Origin: an uncultured Bacteroidales bacterium
GTDB lineage: Bacteria > Bacteroidota > Bacteroidia > Bacteroidales > UBA10428
Assembly: GCA_964406315.1 (NCBI GenBank)
Contig: CAYORG010000008.1
Location: forward strand, 12,796 to 76,795
DNA: 64,000 nt
Direction: 5' to 3'
Shown: positions 49,381 through 59,168 of the stretch, one piece after another
How positions within the stretch are numbered: the first letter of the stretch is position 1
Layout: each line of letters begins with the position of its first letter
Program-made: the position numbers and the translations under genes
The notes under the pieces: model-generated
Databases searched by the model: none
Seen by the model: the letters and a program-made list of their open reading frames with translations, nothing else
What the model was told of the DNA's origin: nothing

Positions 49381-51568
49381 ATCTGCTGAACAGCAATTCA
49401 CGATATTTTGGCAAAGGCCAGATCTCATTATCCACAATCTGCTCAAGTTTATCAATATGATAACGAATATCCTCGATAAAAGGAAGGACAGTTATAGAAT
49501 ACTGATTTGCCTTTTCTCTGGCATTGCTGATAACATTTGCCTTTTTTCGCGCTTCAATCATTTCATTCACCTTAGCTTTTATTGCTGAAATATGTTCGGA
49601 AATTGTTATTACCAATTCCTTTCTGGCAACTGATAAATTCTGAAATTCACTTTGGCTGAATGTTTCTTTTAATCCTCTTATATTATTCATCAATTGAGTC
49701 TGGTAATCAATTGCAATAGGAACAATCTGGCTTAAAGCAATATCTCCAATCACTCTTGATTCTATCTGAATTTTCTTGGCGAAATTGTCATACCGCACTT
49801 CTGTCCGCCCTTCAAGTTCCTTCTCATTCAATACTTTTTGTGACTTAAACAACCGTTTTGATTTTGTTGAGAGATACGCATCAAGTGACTCAATGACACT
49901 GGTAACATTAGTAAGACCTCTCTTTCCGGCTTCTTTTTGCCATTCTTCGCTATAACTGTTCCCCTCAAAACGTACATTTTTTGAGTCAATTATATATTTT
50001 CTTATCACCTGAAATATTGCCTCATCTTTCTTAACTCCTTTATTTATCAATTCATCTGCATCCTTTTTGAACTGAACCAGTTGCTGAGCAACAGCAGTAT
50101 TTAACACAGTCATAGGGGCAGCGCAATTCACGGAAGCACCTACAGCTCTGAATTCAAAACGGTTGCCTGTGAAAGCAAATGGAGAAGTACGATTTCTGTC
50201 TGTATTATCAAGTAATATTTCAGGGATTTTACCAACATCTAATTTTAGTTCTGTTTTTTCATCAGGCGTCATTTTTTTAGTTGTGACCCTAACTTCCAGT
50301 TCATCGAGCATGCCGGAAATTTTATTGCCAATAAACACAGACATGATCATAGGCGGAGCTTCATTTCCTCCCAATCTTAATGCATTCCCTGCCGACACAA
50401 TACTCGCTCTTAACAAATCCTGATGAGTGTATACTGCTTTTAAGGTGCAAACCAAAAAACTTAAAAATTGCATGTTTGTTTTTGGTTTATTTCCGGGTGA
50501 TAAAAGATTCACGCCAGTATTAGTCATCAGCGACCAGTTGTTGTGTTTTCCTGATCCATTGATCCCTTTATAAGGCTTTTCATGGAACAATACGATAAAA
50601 TGATGACGCCTTGCTATTCTTTTCATAATATCCATCAAAAGAATATTATGATCAACTGCAAGACTGCACTCTTCAAATACCGGAGCTGCCTCGTATTGAT
50701 TAGGTGCAACCTCATTGTGCCTGGTACGCAAAGGTATACCCAGTTTATAGGCTTCGATCTCAAACTCTTTCATGAACCCGCTAACACGCTCAGGAATAGA
50801 AGAAAAATAATGATCATCAAGTTGCTGATCTTTTTCTGATGCATGACCCACCAGTGTATGGTCAGTCATTACAAGATCAGGCCTGGCAAAATAAAGTGCC
50901 TCATCGACCAGGAAATATTCCTGTTCAACTCCTAATGTTGCATAGACTTTTGTAACATTCTTATCAAAATATTCACAAATATCCACAGAGGCTTTATCAA
51001 TGGCTGCAAGTGCTTTCAGCAAAGGGGTTTTATGGTCAAGAGCTTCACCCGTATAGGATACAAATACCGTGGGTATGCTTAATGTATTTGCAACAATATA
51101 CGCCGGAGAAGAGGGATCCCAGGCTGTATAGCCTCTTGCTTCAAAAGTATTACGAATACCTCCGCTTGGAAAACTGCTTGCATCAGGTTCCTGTTGTGCC
51201 AGATGTTGTCCTGAAAATTTCTCAACCACTCCGCCAAATTCCGTATATTCAATAAATGCATCATGTTTCTCAGCCGTGCCATCAGTGAGCGGATGAAACC
51301 AGTGTGAAAAATGCGTTGCTCCCATTTCAAGTCCCCATGATTTCATGCCGGAAGCAACTTTATCAGCAAGTTTTCTGTCAATTGTATGTCCCTTTTCAAT
51401 ACACTCTATCACCCCCTCATATGCTTCCTGTGATAAGTAGCGTTGCATTTTTTCCTTATCAAAAACATTTACTCCGAAATAATCGGATGTTTTCTTTGAA
51501 GGAGCCTCTTTATGTATTGGTTTTCTGCTATTTGCATTATGAAGTGCCTGAAATCTGATAATAGCCAT
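49379..51568 (-). CDS. glnN: Glutamine synthetase type III
   Basis: 729 aa. N-terminal FGVNVFDKEKMQRYLSQEAYEGV, THFSHWFHPLT, GVEQEYFLVD, EVAPNQYE, NGSGKHNNWS, RTSPFAFTGNRFEFRAVG match the Bacteroides/cyanobacterial GSIII pattern. Confidence 0.92.
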   Translation of the reverse strand: MAIIRFQALHNANSRKPIHKEAPSKKTSDYFGVNVFDKEKMQRYLSQEAYEGVIECIEKGHTIDRKLADKVASGMKSWGLEMGATHFSHWFHPLTDGTAEKHDAFIEYTEFGGVVEKFSGQHLAQQEPDASSFPSGGIRNTFEARGYTAWDPSSPAYIVANTLSIPTVFVSYTGEALDHKTPLLKALAAIDKASVDICEYFDKNVTKVYATLGVEQEYFLVDEALYFARPDLVMTDHTLVGHASEKDQQLDDHYFSSIPERVSGFMKEFEIEAYKLGIPLRTRHNEVAPNQYEAAPVFEECSLAVDHNILLMDIMKRIARRHHFIVLFHEKPYKGINGSGKHNNWSLMTNTGVNLLSPGNKPKTNMQFLSFLVCTLKAVYTHQDLLRASIVSAGNALRLGGNEAPPMIMSVFIGNKISGMLDELEVRVTTKKMTPDEKTELKLDVGKIPEILLDNTDRNRTSPFAFTGNRFEFRAVGASVNCAAPMTVLNTAVAQQLVQFKKDADELINKGVKKDEAIFQVIRKYIIDSKNVRFEGNSYSEEWQKEAGKRGLTNVTSVIESLDAYLSTKSKRLFKSQKVLNEKELEGRTEVRYDNFAKKIQIESRVIGDIALSQIVPIAIDYQTQLMNNIRGLKETFSQSEFQNLSVARKELVITISEHISAIKAKVNEMIEARKKANVISNAREKANQYSITVLPFIEDIRYHIDKLEQIVDNEIWPLPKYRELLFSR

Positions 51569-51602
51569 AATGGTTGATTTTAATGTATGAGTATTTTATC
51601 GG

Positions 51603-51610
51603 CAAATATA
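51603..51610 (-). promoter_or_regulatory. -7 box TATATTTG(CC) upstream of GSIII
   Basis: The reverse complement of CAAATATA matches TAnnTTTG. It lies 35 nt before the ATG at 51568. Confidence 0.45.
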
Positions 51611-51674
51611 GCTTATTATCATATTTAACCCCTATTATTTGACCAACAGTTCACAAAAAATAACAATATTTCAA

Positions 51675-51692
51675 TACCCCCCCTAAAAATAG
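51675..51692 (-). promoter_or_regulatory. G-run element (sense strand CTATTTTTAGGGGGGGTA) 109-115 nt upstream of the GSIII start
   Basis: Partner of the element at 48114-48132. It sits in the 130-nt gap between the M20 peptidase stop and the glnN start. Confidence 0.4.
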
Positions 51693-51698
51693 AATAAC

Positions 51699-53075
51699 TC
51701 ACATTTGCTTTTTAAATTCCGTATAGAAATGATAAAACCATGGAATTGTCTCTATCCCTTTATAAAAATTATTCAGCGGGAAATTCTCATTTGGAGAGTG
51801 TATTGCATCAGTTTCAAGACCAAAACCAAGAAGAACAGCCTTTATTTCTAATATTTTTTCAAAATCTGTAATAATCGGAATACTTCCCCCACTGCGAACC
51901 GGCAGCGCCTTTTTCCCTAATGTTTTTTCCATAGCCATAACAGCTGCTTGCACTTCAAAGGAATTCCATGGAACAACATATGCATTGCCTCCATGTAAAA
52001 CTTTAACATCTACACTTATACCCGGTATATTGAGACCAAGAAGATAGTTTTTAAAACTATTTTCTATTTCCCTGGGATTCTGATCCGGAACGAGCCGCAT
52101 TGAAATTTTGGCTGAAGCTTTTGCCGGAAGAATAGTTTTTGCTCCTTCATCAATATACCCTCCCCAGATTCCACAAACATCAAGTGTTGGTCTGATTCCC
52201 AAACGATCAATAATACTGAACTCTTTTTCGCCAAAAAAATCAGATATACCAATGTTGTTTTTCAATGCCTCTTCATCAATCGGGACATTGTTTAAAAGTG
52301 TCCGTTCCTCCGTATCAACTTCCTTTACCGAATCATAAAATCCCGGAATGGTAATTCTCCCATCCTTATCTATGAATCCTGAAACAATATCAGCCAGAAC
52401 ATTTGCAGGATTATGAACTGTTCCTCCATACAATCCGGAATGCAGATCTCGTTTTGGCCCTGTTACGATTATTTCAAAGTATACCAAACCGCGAAGGCCA
52501 ATAGTCAGGGTCGGATTATTTAAAGAAAGTATAGTCGTATCAGACACAAGGATAACATCGGCCGAAAGAAGTCGGACATTTTGTTTACAAAAAGTTATTA
52601 TCGCCGAAGAACCAATTTCTTCCTCCCCTTCAATGAGAAACTTCACATTGCACGGGAGTTTTTTTTCCGCAATCAGGTATTCAAATGCTTTTAACTGCAT
52701 GAACAATTGGCCTTTATCATCGTCTGCCCCTCTTGCATAAATCTTTTCATCCCTGATTACCGGAACAAAAGGCTCAGATTCCCACTCATCCAGCGGATCA
52801 GGAGGCTGTACATCATAATGACCATAAACCAGTATTGTTGGTAAAGAAGCATGAATTATTTTTTCTGCATAAACGATAGGCCACCCCTGAGTCAACATGA
52901 TTTCACTTCTGTCAGCACCTGATTTTAACAAATTATCTCTGATATATTCGCATGCTGCCATCATAACATGACCATTTTCTTTATTTGCACTTACAGAAGG
53001 AATTCGTATCAATCCAAAGAGCTCATCCAGAAATCTTTCTTTATGTTTTTCTATATAATCCGCAATAGTATCCAT
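51699..53075 (-). CDS. M20/M25/M40-family dipeptidase
   Basis: 458 aa. VYGHYDVQPPDPLDEW, RGADDDKGQL, IEGEEEIGS, and a C-terminal HSPNE motif. Confidence 0.85.
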   Translation of the reverse strand: MDTIADYIEKHKERFLDELFGLIRIPSVSANKENGHVMMAACEYIRDNLLKSGADRSEIMLTQGWPIVYAEKIIHASLPTILVYGHYDVQPPDPLDEWESEPFVPVIRDEKIYARGADDDKGQLFMQLKAFEYLIAEKKLPCNVKFLIEGEEEIGSSAIITFCKQNVRLLSADVILVSDTTILSLNNPTLTIGLRGLVYFEIIVTGPKRDLHSGLYGGTVHNPANVLADIVSGFIDKDGRITIPGFYDSVKEVDTEERTLLNNVPIDEEALKNNIGISDFFGEKEFSIIDRLGIRPTLDVCGIWGGYIDEGAKTILPAKASAKISMRLVPDQNPREIENSFKNYLLGLNIPGISVDVKVLHGGNAYVVPWNSFEVQAAVMAMEKTLGKKALPVRSGGSIPIITDFEKILEIKAVLLGFGLETDAIHSPNENFPLNNFYKGIETIPWFYHFYTEFKKQM

Positions 53076-53211
53076 TTTCCATACATTGTATTCGAATTTA
53101 GCAAAATCATTACCAAAAATAGCCCAATGTTCTGTGTATTCTTCATAATCATCTGTACTATTTCTATTAGAGAATAAAAATTTCTATTTTTATTTTGCTT
53201 AATTTCCACTC

Positions 53212-54756
53212 ATGAATCGTACACTCAAGAGTACCATATTAATATTGTTTGTAATCATATTTCTACCCACAATAATTTTTTCCATCTATGAAATTGGCTC
53301 ACTTCGTAGCAATGAAAAAGTTATTGAAAACATTTATAATAACCAGCTGGATGCAATATTATATTCTGTAAATCAATACTCTGAAGATGTTATCAGCAGT
53401 TGGGCTAACAGACTGGAGTTGATTCTCAGTTCAAAAAAGAACAACAAAACTGAAGCCTTGCTGGATTTTATTCATACTACATCTTCCGTAAGCAAAGTGA
53501 TGCAATTTAACTCAGACAATCAAATCGTTCTGTCGGTTCCCCCGATTTTAAGCAGTTCTTCTTTTGGCAAATCGATGCAAGCGCTATTGATTAAAAATGA
53601 TTCCGTATTAAAGAACTTAAATACTTATTTGCAAGGTGGCTATAGAAAACTGGAAACTTTCACATTGAATGACACGACCGATCAATTGGTTGTGTTTGCA
53701 TTTCAACAGGACAATGATTTTTTATACAATGCCATTGTCTTTAATCCGGTAAGATTTATCAACGAAGTCCTGGACCCTAAAATTCAGGAAATAGCTCAGA
53801 ATGAATTTGCAATTTCTGCATTTTTTGAAGAAAGTGATTCAATTATTTATTCCTCTGATAAACAATTTCAAATGACAGAAGTAAGCCAGAAAAAAAGATT
53901 CTGGCTTATGCCTCACTATAGTCTTGGAATTGAACTAAAGAACGTAACGATTAATGATCTGGTCAAGTCAAGATCCAAGAAAGATTTAATCCTTATCGGT
54001 ATTGTTGATTTTGGTCTTATACTCGGATTATGGCTTATATTCAGAAATGTAAAAAAACATTTGGAGCTTTCACAATTAAAGTCTGATTTTGTATCAAATG
54101 TTTCGCATGAAATCAGAACTCCTCTGGCTCTTATCAGCATGTATATTGAAACCCTTGAACTTGGACGTATTGAATCAAAGGAGAAAGTGAAAGAGTATTA
54201 TACTATTATTTTTCAGGAAACACAACGCTTATCTGGTATTGTAAATAAAATACTGAATTTTTCACAAATAGAAAGTGGGAAAAAAGTATATAAGTTTTCA
54301 TCGGTGAACATCAATGATATTGTACTTGATGTAGTGAAAACCTTCAATTACAATCTTGAAGTCCAGGGATTTAAATATAAAACCCATTGTTCAGCAAAAT
54401 TACCTGAAATTCAAGTGGATGCAGATGCTGTTACGGATGTCCTTATCAACATTATTGACAATGCCATGAAATACAGTATGGATGAGAAATATATTGAAAT
54501 TACCACCACTTTTGATAAATCCTGGGCTTATATTAATATATCTGATAAAGGAATTGGTATTTCAGAAAAAGAATTAAAACATATTTTTGATAAATTTTAT
54601 AGAGTAACCGAAAAAAATCTTGCTCTAAAAGCAAAAGGGTCAGGTCTGGGTCTCACAATTGTAAAACATATTATGGATTCACACGGTGGTAAAATTGAGG
54701 TAAAAAGCAAGAAAGGTGAAGGAACAGTCTTTAAATTATTATTTCCGATTCAATAA
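53212..54756 (+). CDS. Sensor histidine kinase (two TM helices, HisKA + HATPase_c)
   Basis: H-box FVSNVSHEIRTPLALI, N-box NIIDNAMKYS, G-boxes DKGIGI and GSGLGLTIVKHIMDSHGGKIEVKSKKGEGTVF. Confidence 0.88.
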   Translation: MNRTLKSTILILFVIIFLPTIIFSIYEIGSLRSNEKVIENIYNNQLDAILYSVNQYSEDVISSWANRLELILSSKKNNKTEALLDFIHTTSSVSKVMQFNSDNQIVLSVPPILSSSSFGKSMQALLIKNDSVLKNLNTYLQGGYRKLETFTLNDTTDQLVVFAFQQDNDFLYNAIVFNPVRFINEVLDPKIQEIAQNEFAISAFFEESDSIIYSSDKQFQMTEVSQKKRFWLMPHYSLGIELKNVTINDLVKSRSKKDLILIGIVDFGLILGLWLIFRNVKKHLELSQLKSDFVSNVSHEIRTPLALISMYIETLELGRIESKEKVKEYYTIIFQETQRLSGIVNKILNFSQIESGKKVYKFSSVNINDIVLDVVKTFNYNLEVQGFKYKTHCSAKLPEIQVDADAVTDVLINIIDNAMKYSMDEKYIEITTTFDKSWAYINISDKGIGISEKELKHIFDKFYRVTEKNLALKAKGSGLGLTIVKHIMDSHGGKIEVKSKKGEGTVFKLLFPIQ

Positions 54757-54767
54757 ATTCTTACGTC

Positions 54768-55457
54768 ATGATAAAAATTCTGATTGTAGAAGATGAAAAA
54801 CATATGCTTCAAGGGCTAAAAGATAATCTTGAATTTGAAGGATACGAAATTGATGTTGCCGGTGAAGGAAAAACAGGTTTGGATAAAATACTCAATAACA
54901 CGTATAATTTAATTCTGCTGGATGTTATGTTACCCGAAATTTCAGGTTTTGATATTTGCAAAACAGCACGGAAAGAAGATATAGCAACTCCCATTATTCT
55001 CCTAACCGCCAAAGGAGAAGAAATTGATAAAGTTCTAGGACTTGAACTTGGAGCAGATGATTATATAACCAAACCATTTAGCCTGAGAGAACTTCTTGCG
55101 AGAATAAAAGCTATATTGCGCAGAACCGAGAAACCACAAACCAATGCAGATCAAGATCGGCTGGTTAAAATCGGAAAGTTATCCGTAAATTTTAAAAATT
55201 TTGAATCTTTCAGTAATAACAAACCGGTAAAAATGTCTCATAAAGAGTTTGAAATACTGCATTATCTTTATACACATGCAAATACGACTGTACACCGTGA
55301 TGATCTTATGAGTGAAGTATGGGGAATAAATTATGAAATTACCACCCGTACCGTAGATAATTTTATTTTGAAACTCAGGCAAAAAATTGAATCTGATCCA
55401 AATCATCTGAAAATTATTCTGACAGTCCATGGTGTTGGATACAAGATGCTGATATAA
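54768..55457 (+). CDS. OmpR/PhoB-family response regulator
   Basis: REC domain (KILIVEDE...LILLDVMLP...TAKG...DDYITKPF) and winged-helix Trans_reg_C (KMSHKEFEILHYL...TRTVDNFILKLRQKIE...TVHGVGYKM). Confidence 0.92.
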   Translation: MIKILIVEDEKHMLQGLKDNLEFEGYEIDVAGEGKTGLDKILNNTYNLILLDVMLPEISGFDICKTARKEDIATPIILLTAKGEEIDKVLGLELGADDYITKPFSLRELLARIKAILRRTEKPQTNADQDRLVKIGKLSVNFKNFESFSNNKPVKMSHKEFEILHYLYTHANTTVHRDDLMSEVWGINYEITTRTVDNFILKLRQKIESDPNHLKIILTVHGVGYKMLI

Positions 55458-55465
55458 ATAGACTA

Positions 55466-58400
55466 TCAGGTAGCTGTAGGTAGAAAAATTTGAAACGTGC
55501 TTCCTTTTTCTAGTTTGCTTTCAACAAATATTTTTCCTTTGTTCTTTTCAATGTATTCCTTACATAAAATCAAACCAAGACCTGTTCCAAGTTCACCTGA
55601 AGTACCTTCTCTTAAAAAATGTCCATCAATTTCAAACAACTTTGTTTTATCTTCTTCGGAAATACCAATGCCATTGTCCTTAACTTCCAATAAAACCTTA
55701 TTTTCTTCTTTTCTTAAGCTTATGATTACTTTCCCTTTTTCATTTGTGAATTTAACTGCGTTTGTCAATAAATTACGAATCACTGTATTTACCATATTTC
55801 TGTCTGCAAATACATACAACTTTCCATCATTTTCAAAGCGAATATCAATATTCTTTTTGTTGTACATCTCTTTCAATAATTCAATGTTTTCCTCAATAAG
55901 ATCATTGATTGGAAATGCTACAGGAGCAAATTTTACACGATTTGTTTGTGATCTTGCCCAATGAAGTAAATTCTCCAACAGATTGTATACATTTTCCGAT
56001 GAATCATGAATCGCTTTAGAGAAAGAACGTCTTTTGTCTTCACTCAAACGGTCATAATTTTTATCCAGGAGTTCTGCAAATCCAAGAATTGTATTAAAAG
56101 GATTTTTTAAATCGTGTGCAATTATGGAAAAGAATTTATCTTTTGTTAAATTCAATTCTTCTAGATTTTCATTTACTCTTTCCAACTCTTCTTTCTGTGA
56201 TACCAGTTCTTCGGTTTGTTCTTCAATCATCTGTTGCCTTTCTTCCAAAAGCGTATTTGATTCGCTTAATTCTTCCGTTTGTTGCGCGAGCATACTATTC
56301 TTTGCCTTTATTTCTTTGGTTCTACTCTCTACCAATTCTTCGAGTTTTCGTTGTTGTTTTTTAAGTGAACTGATTCTGAAAAAATAATAGCCAACAATTG
56401 CTGAAGTGATTATCAAAACGATTAAAATTTTGAAAAAGAGTGTTTTCCACCAGGGAGGAAGAATGATCAATCGTAATGAGGTAGCCTGCTCATTCCAAAT
56501 CCCATCATTATTAGAGGCCTTTACTTTAAAAGTATATTTCCCCGGATTTAAATTTGTATATGTTGCTTCTCTTCTGGTTCCTACATTATTCCATTCCTTT
56601 TCAGAGCCTTCCAGCATGTATTGATACTGGTTCTTTCCCGGGCTGAAATAGTTCAGTGCTGCATATTTAAAAGTAATAACTGATTGTTTGTGGTTTAATA
56701 CTATTTTATCTGATACCGTAATCGATTTTGATAAAGGAGAACCAGGAATATTTACGTTGGCAGGTTCAAAAAATATTAAAAAATCTGTTAAATACACTTC
56801 CGGTTTAAACTGATTATCCTTAATACTATCGGGATAAAAATAGTTCAGCCCATCCAGACCTCCGAAAAACATTTCACCAGTACTTGTTTTTAAATATGAC
56901 CCATGAATAAACTGATTGCCTTGCAGACCATCAAAAACATCATATTTTTTAACCGTTGAATTTGTAGGATTAAGCTTTGATATTCCATTATTCGTACTCA
57001 GCCACAGATTCTCATGATCATCTAATAAAATGCCATTAATTACTTCATTGAGAAAACCAATTGATGAATAAACCGTGGTAAATAACTGCGTTTCTCTGTG
57101 AAAATGATTCAACCCGTTTGCTGTTCCTATCCAAACATCTCCTGAGTCATCTTCGGCAAATGCATATACCCAGCTATTGCTTAAACTACCAGCCTTATCA
57201 TTATGTGAATAATTATTAAATCTGTCAGTTTTCTGATCATAAATACTTAATCCGCCATATGTGCCAATCCACAATAAGTCAAAACTATCTTTGAATAGTT
57301 TAATACAATAATCGTTTACAATGGCATTATCAGGTCCCTGCCTGTAATGATGAAAAATGCCGGTTTGGGGATTGTATTTGTCCACCCCACCACCATTCGT
57401 TGCAATCCAGACAGTTGTATCGTTTGAAATTAAAATGTCCCATACATCATTGTTGCTTAAACTATTAGGATTACCGGGATTGTTCTTAAGATTTAAAATT
57501 CTACCTGAAACCCGGTCAATTATATTGATCCCAAACAAATATCCTCCTATCCAGATATTCCCCTTGCTATCTTCTGCAATTGCCAGTATTGAGTTTCCAC
57601 TAATAGTATTGGCTCCGCCAGGTATATATCTGTAATGTCTGAAAGTTTTTGTCTTTCTGTTGTAATAGTCAAGTCCTCCACCATCCGTTCCGATCCATAA
57701 GTTCCTTTCTTTATCCTCATATAAAGCACTCACTGCTTCATAAACAAGCGAATTGCTATTCCCTTTTTCGCTGGTTATAAGCTTAAATCTTAATCCATAA
57801 TCTATGGGTGAATAATTCACTCCTCCCTGATATGTTCCCACCCACAAAATTCCCTGTCTGTCTTTCCATATAGATTGAACTGTATTGTTATTGAGGCTGT
57901 ATGTATTTGATTCATTCGATTCATAACAGGAAAAACTGTTTGTGGATTCATTATAAAGGCATAATCCACCGTTAATAGTACCTATCCAGATCCTCTGATC
58001 ATTTTCTACATAAATATGTCTTATATTATTCGAACTCAGATCTTTTGCACTTTTAACGGTTTTGACTTCCGAGAGATCTGACTTCACGATATAGATCCCA
58101 TTGTCAGTTCCTATCCAGATATCGCCTTTTGAATCTTCGGCAATTGTGTAAGTTCTTTCCTTGATATCAACACCTGCTTTTCTAAGCCGGTATGTGAGTA
58201 CTTCTTTAAGCTTAAGATCGTAACAATACAATCCATAACCTATGGATCCTATCCAAATCCTTTCATTTCTATCTATCAATAAAGCTCTGATCCCTTCCTG
58301 TCCAAGAGGCCCAAAATTGGGAATATCTTTTAAAAAACGGACAAAACCACCTTTCAGGGTATCATATACAAATACTCCGGTTGTATTGGCAATAATTATA

Positions 58401-58885
58401 TTGCCTCCTTTATCCTCAATAATAGCCCTCGTATAACTCTGATAAGGAGAAGGATTGAATTCGTCAACGAATGGAATATGTTTGAACGAAACGGTCTGCC
58501 AGTTAAAAATATCAATGCCTATGCTACCGGCTATCCATAAACGACCTTTTGAATCCTCCAGAATTCCAAACACAGAATTGCTTGAGAGACTGGATGTATC
58601 CTGCGCGTTGTATTTGAATATTTCAAATTCATAGCCATTGAATAAATTCAATCCATCATTTGTGCCAATCCACAAAAAACCTTTGCTATCCTGATATATA
58701 CAATGAACCGTATTATTCGACAGACCATCCTGAGAAGTCAAATGTGAAAAATTCAAATTCAAATCTTTTGAATAACCGGTGTAGGTATTATGTATGAAAA
58801 GAAGTATCAATACTGACTTAAAGGTGTTCAATATTATTATCTTCAAAGCTCCTGACTTCATCCCAAATTCTATTTTAGTAGTCAT
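55466..58885 (-). CDS. Large periplasmic-sensor histidine kinase: Reg_prop beta-propeller repeats + Y_Y_Y domain + TM + coiled coil + HisKA/HATPase_c, with no receiver or DNA-binding domain
   Basis: Many repeats of the form D(S/D)KG.(L/I)WIGT..GL. YQYMLEGSEKEWNNVG...YTNLNPGKYTFKVKA. TM helix LFFKILIVLIITSAIVGYYFF. H-box FFSIIAHDLKNPFNTI. GTGLGLILCKEYIEKNKGKIFVESKLEKGSTF. Confidence 0.85.
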   Translation of the reverse strand: MTTKIEFGMKSGALKIIILNTFKSVLILLFIHNTYTGYSKDLNLNFSHLTSQDGLSNNTVHCIYQDSKGFLWIGTNDGLNLFNGYEFEIFKYNAQDTSSLSSNSVFGILEDSKGRLWIAGSIGIDIFNWQTVSFKHIPFVDEFNPSPYQSYTRAIIEDKGGNIIIANTTGVFVYDTLKGGFVRFLKDIPNFGPLGQEGIRALLIDRNERIWIGSIGYGLYCYDLKLKEVLTYRLRKAGVDIKERTYTIAEDSKGDIWIGTDNGIYIVKSDLSEVKTVKSAKDLSSNNIRHIYVENDQRIWIGTINGGLCLYNESTNSFSCYESNESNTYSLNNNTVQSIWKDRQGILWVGTYQGGVNYSPIDYGLRFKLITSEKGNSNSLVYEAVSALYEDKERNLWIGTDGGGLDYYNRKTKTFRHYRYIPGGANTISGNSILAIAEDSKGNIWIGGYLFGINIIDRVSGRILNLKNNPGNPNSLSNNDVWDILISNDTTVWIATNGGGVDKYNPQTGIFHHYRQGPDNAIVNDYCIKLFKDSFDLLWIGTYGGLSIYDQKTDRFNNYSHNDKAGSLSNSWVYAFAEDDSGDVWIGTANGLNHFHRETQLFTTVYSSIGFLNEVINGILLDDHENLWLSTNNGISKLNPTNSTVKKYDVFDGLQGNQFIHGSYLKTSTGEMFFGGLDGLNYFYPDSIKDNQFKPEVYLTDFLIFFEPANVNIPGSPLSKSITVSDKIVLNHKQSVITFKYAALNYFSPGKNQYQYMLEGSEKEWNNVGTRREATYTNLNPGKYTFKVKASNNDGIWNEQATSLRLIILPPWWKTLFFKILIVLIITSAIVGYYFFRISSLKKQQRKLEELVESRTKEIKAKNSMLAQQTEELSESNTLLEERQQMIEEQTEELVSQKEELERVNENLEELNLTKDKFFSIIAHDLKNPFNTILGFAELLDKNYDRLSEDKRRSFSKAIHDSSENVYNLLENLLHWARSQTNRVKFAPVAFPINDLIEENIELLKEMYNKKNIDIRFENDGKLYVFADRNMVNTVIRNLLTNAVKFTNEKGKVIISLRKEENKVLLEVKDNGIGISEEDKTKLFEIDGHFLREGTSGELGTGLGLILCKEYIEKNKGKIFVESKLEKGSTFQIFLPTAT

Positions 58886-59054
58886 TATGACTTACTATTA
58901 AATTAGATATTTATTATTATATATAACAACTTTTTCATCGATAATTGAGGAAATTTATACCCGAAAAATAATCCTGTTTGTTTGCTTATGATATAAGTAA
59001 TTGATATTTAGTTGATTGAAGGGATTGTTAGCTTGAGAAAGCAATTATTTACAT

Positions 59055-59096
59055 TTTCATGACATTTCATGACATTCTTTTACCTGGCTATGACAC
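59055..59096 (+). promoter_or_regulatory. Tandem direct repeat TTTCATGACA x2 plus a third ATGACA copy 21 nt downstream, a candidate response-regulator binding site
   Basis: 59055-59064 and 59065-59074 are identical. ATGACA recurs at 59090-59095. A -7 box TACTTTTG lies at 59116-59123. Confidence 0.4.
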
Positions 59097-59168
59097 AGCA
59101 CTTCTGTGTACAGCGTACTTTTGTTTATGCAAAGTAACAATTGTAATGAACTCGAACTTGAAAATAAA

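Noticed and set aside
49428-49436. Perfect DnaA-box consensus TTATCCACA
   Set aside because: It is a single copy located inside the GSIII coding sequence, with no cluster of boxes and no adjacent AT-rich unwinding element next to dnaA or dnaN. It is not an origin.
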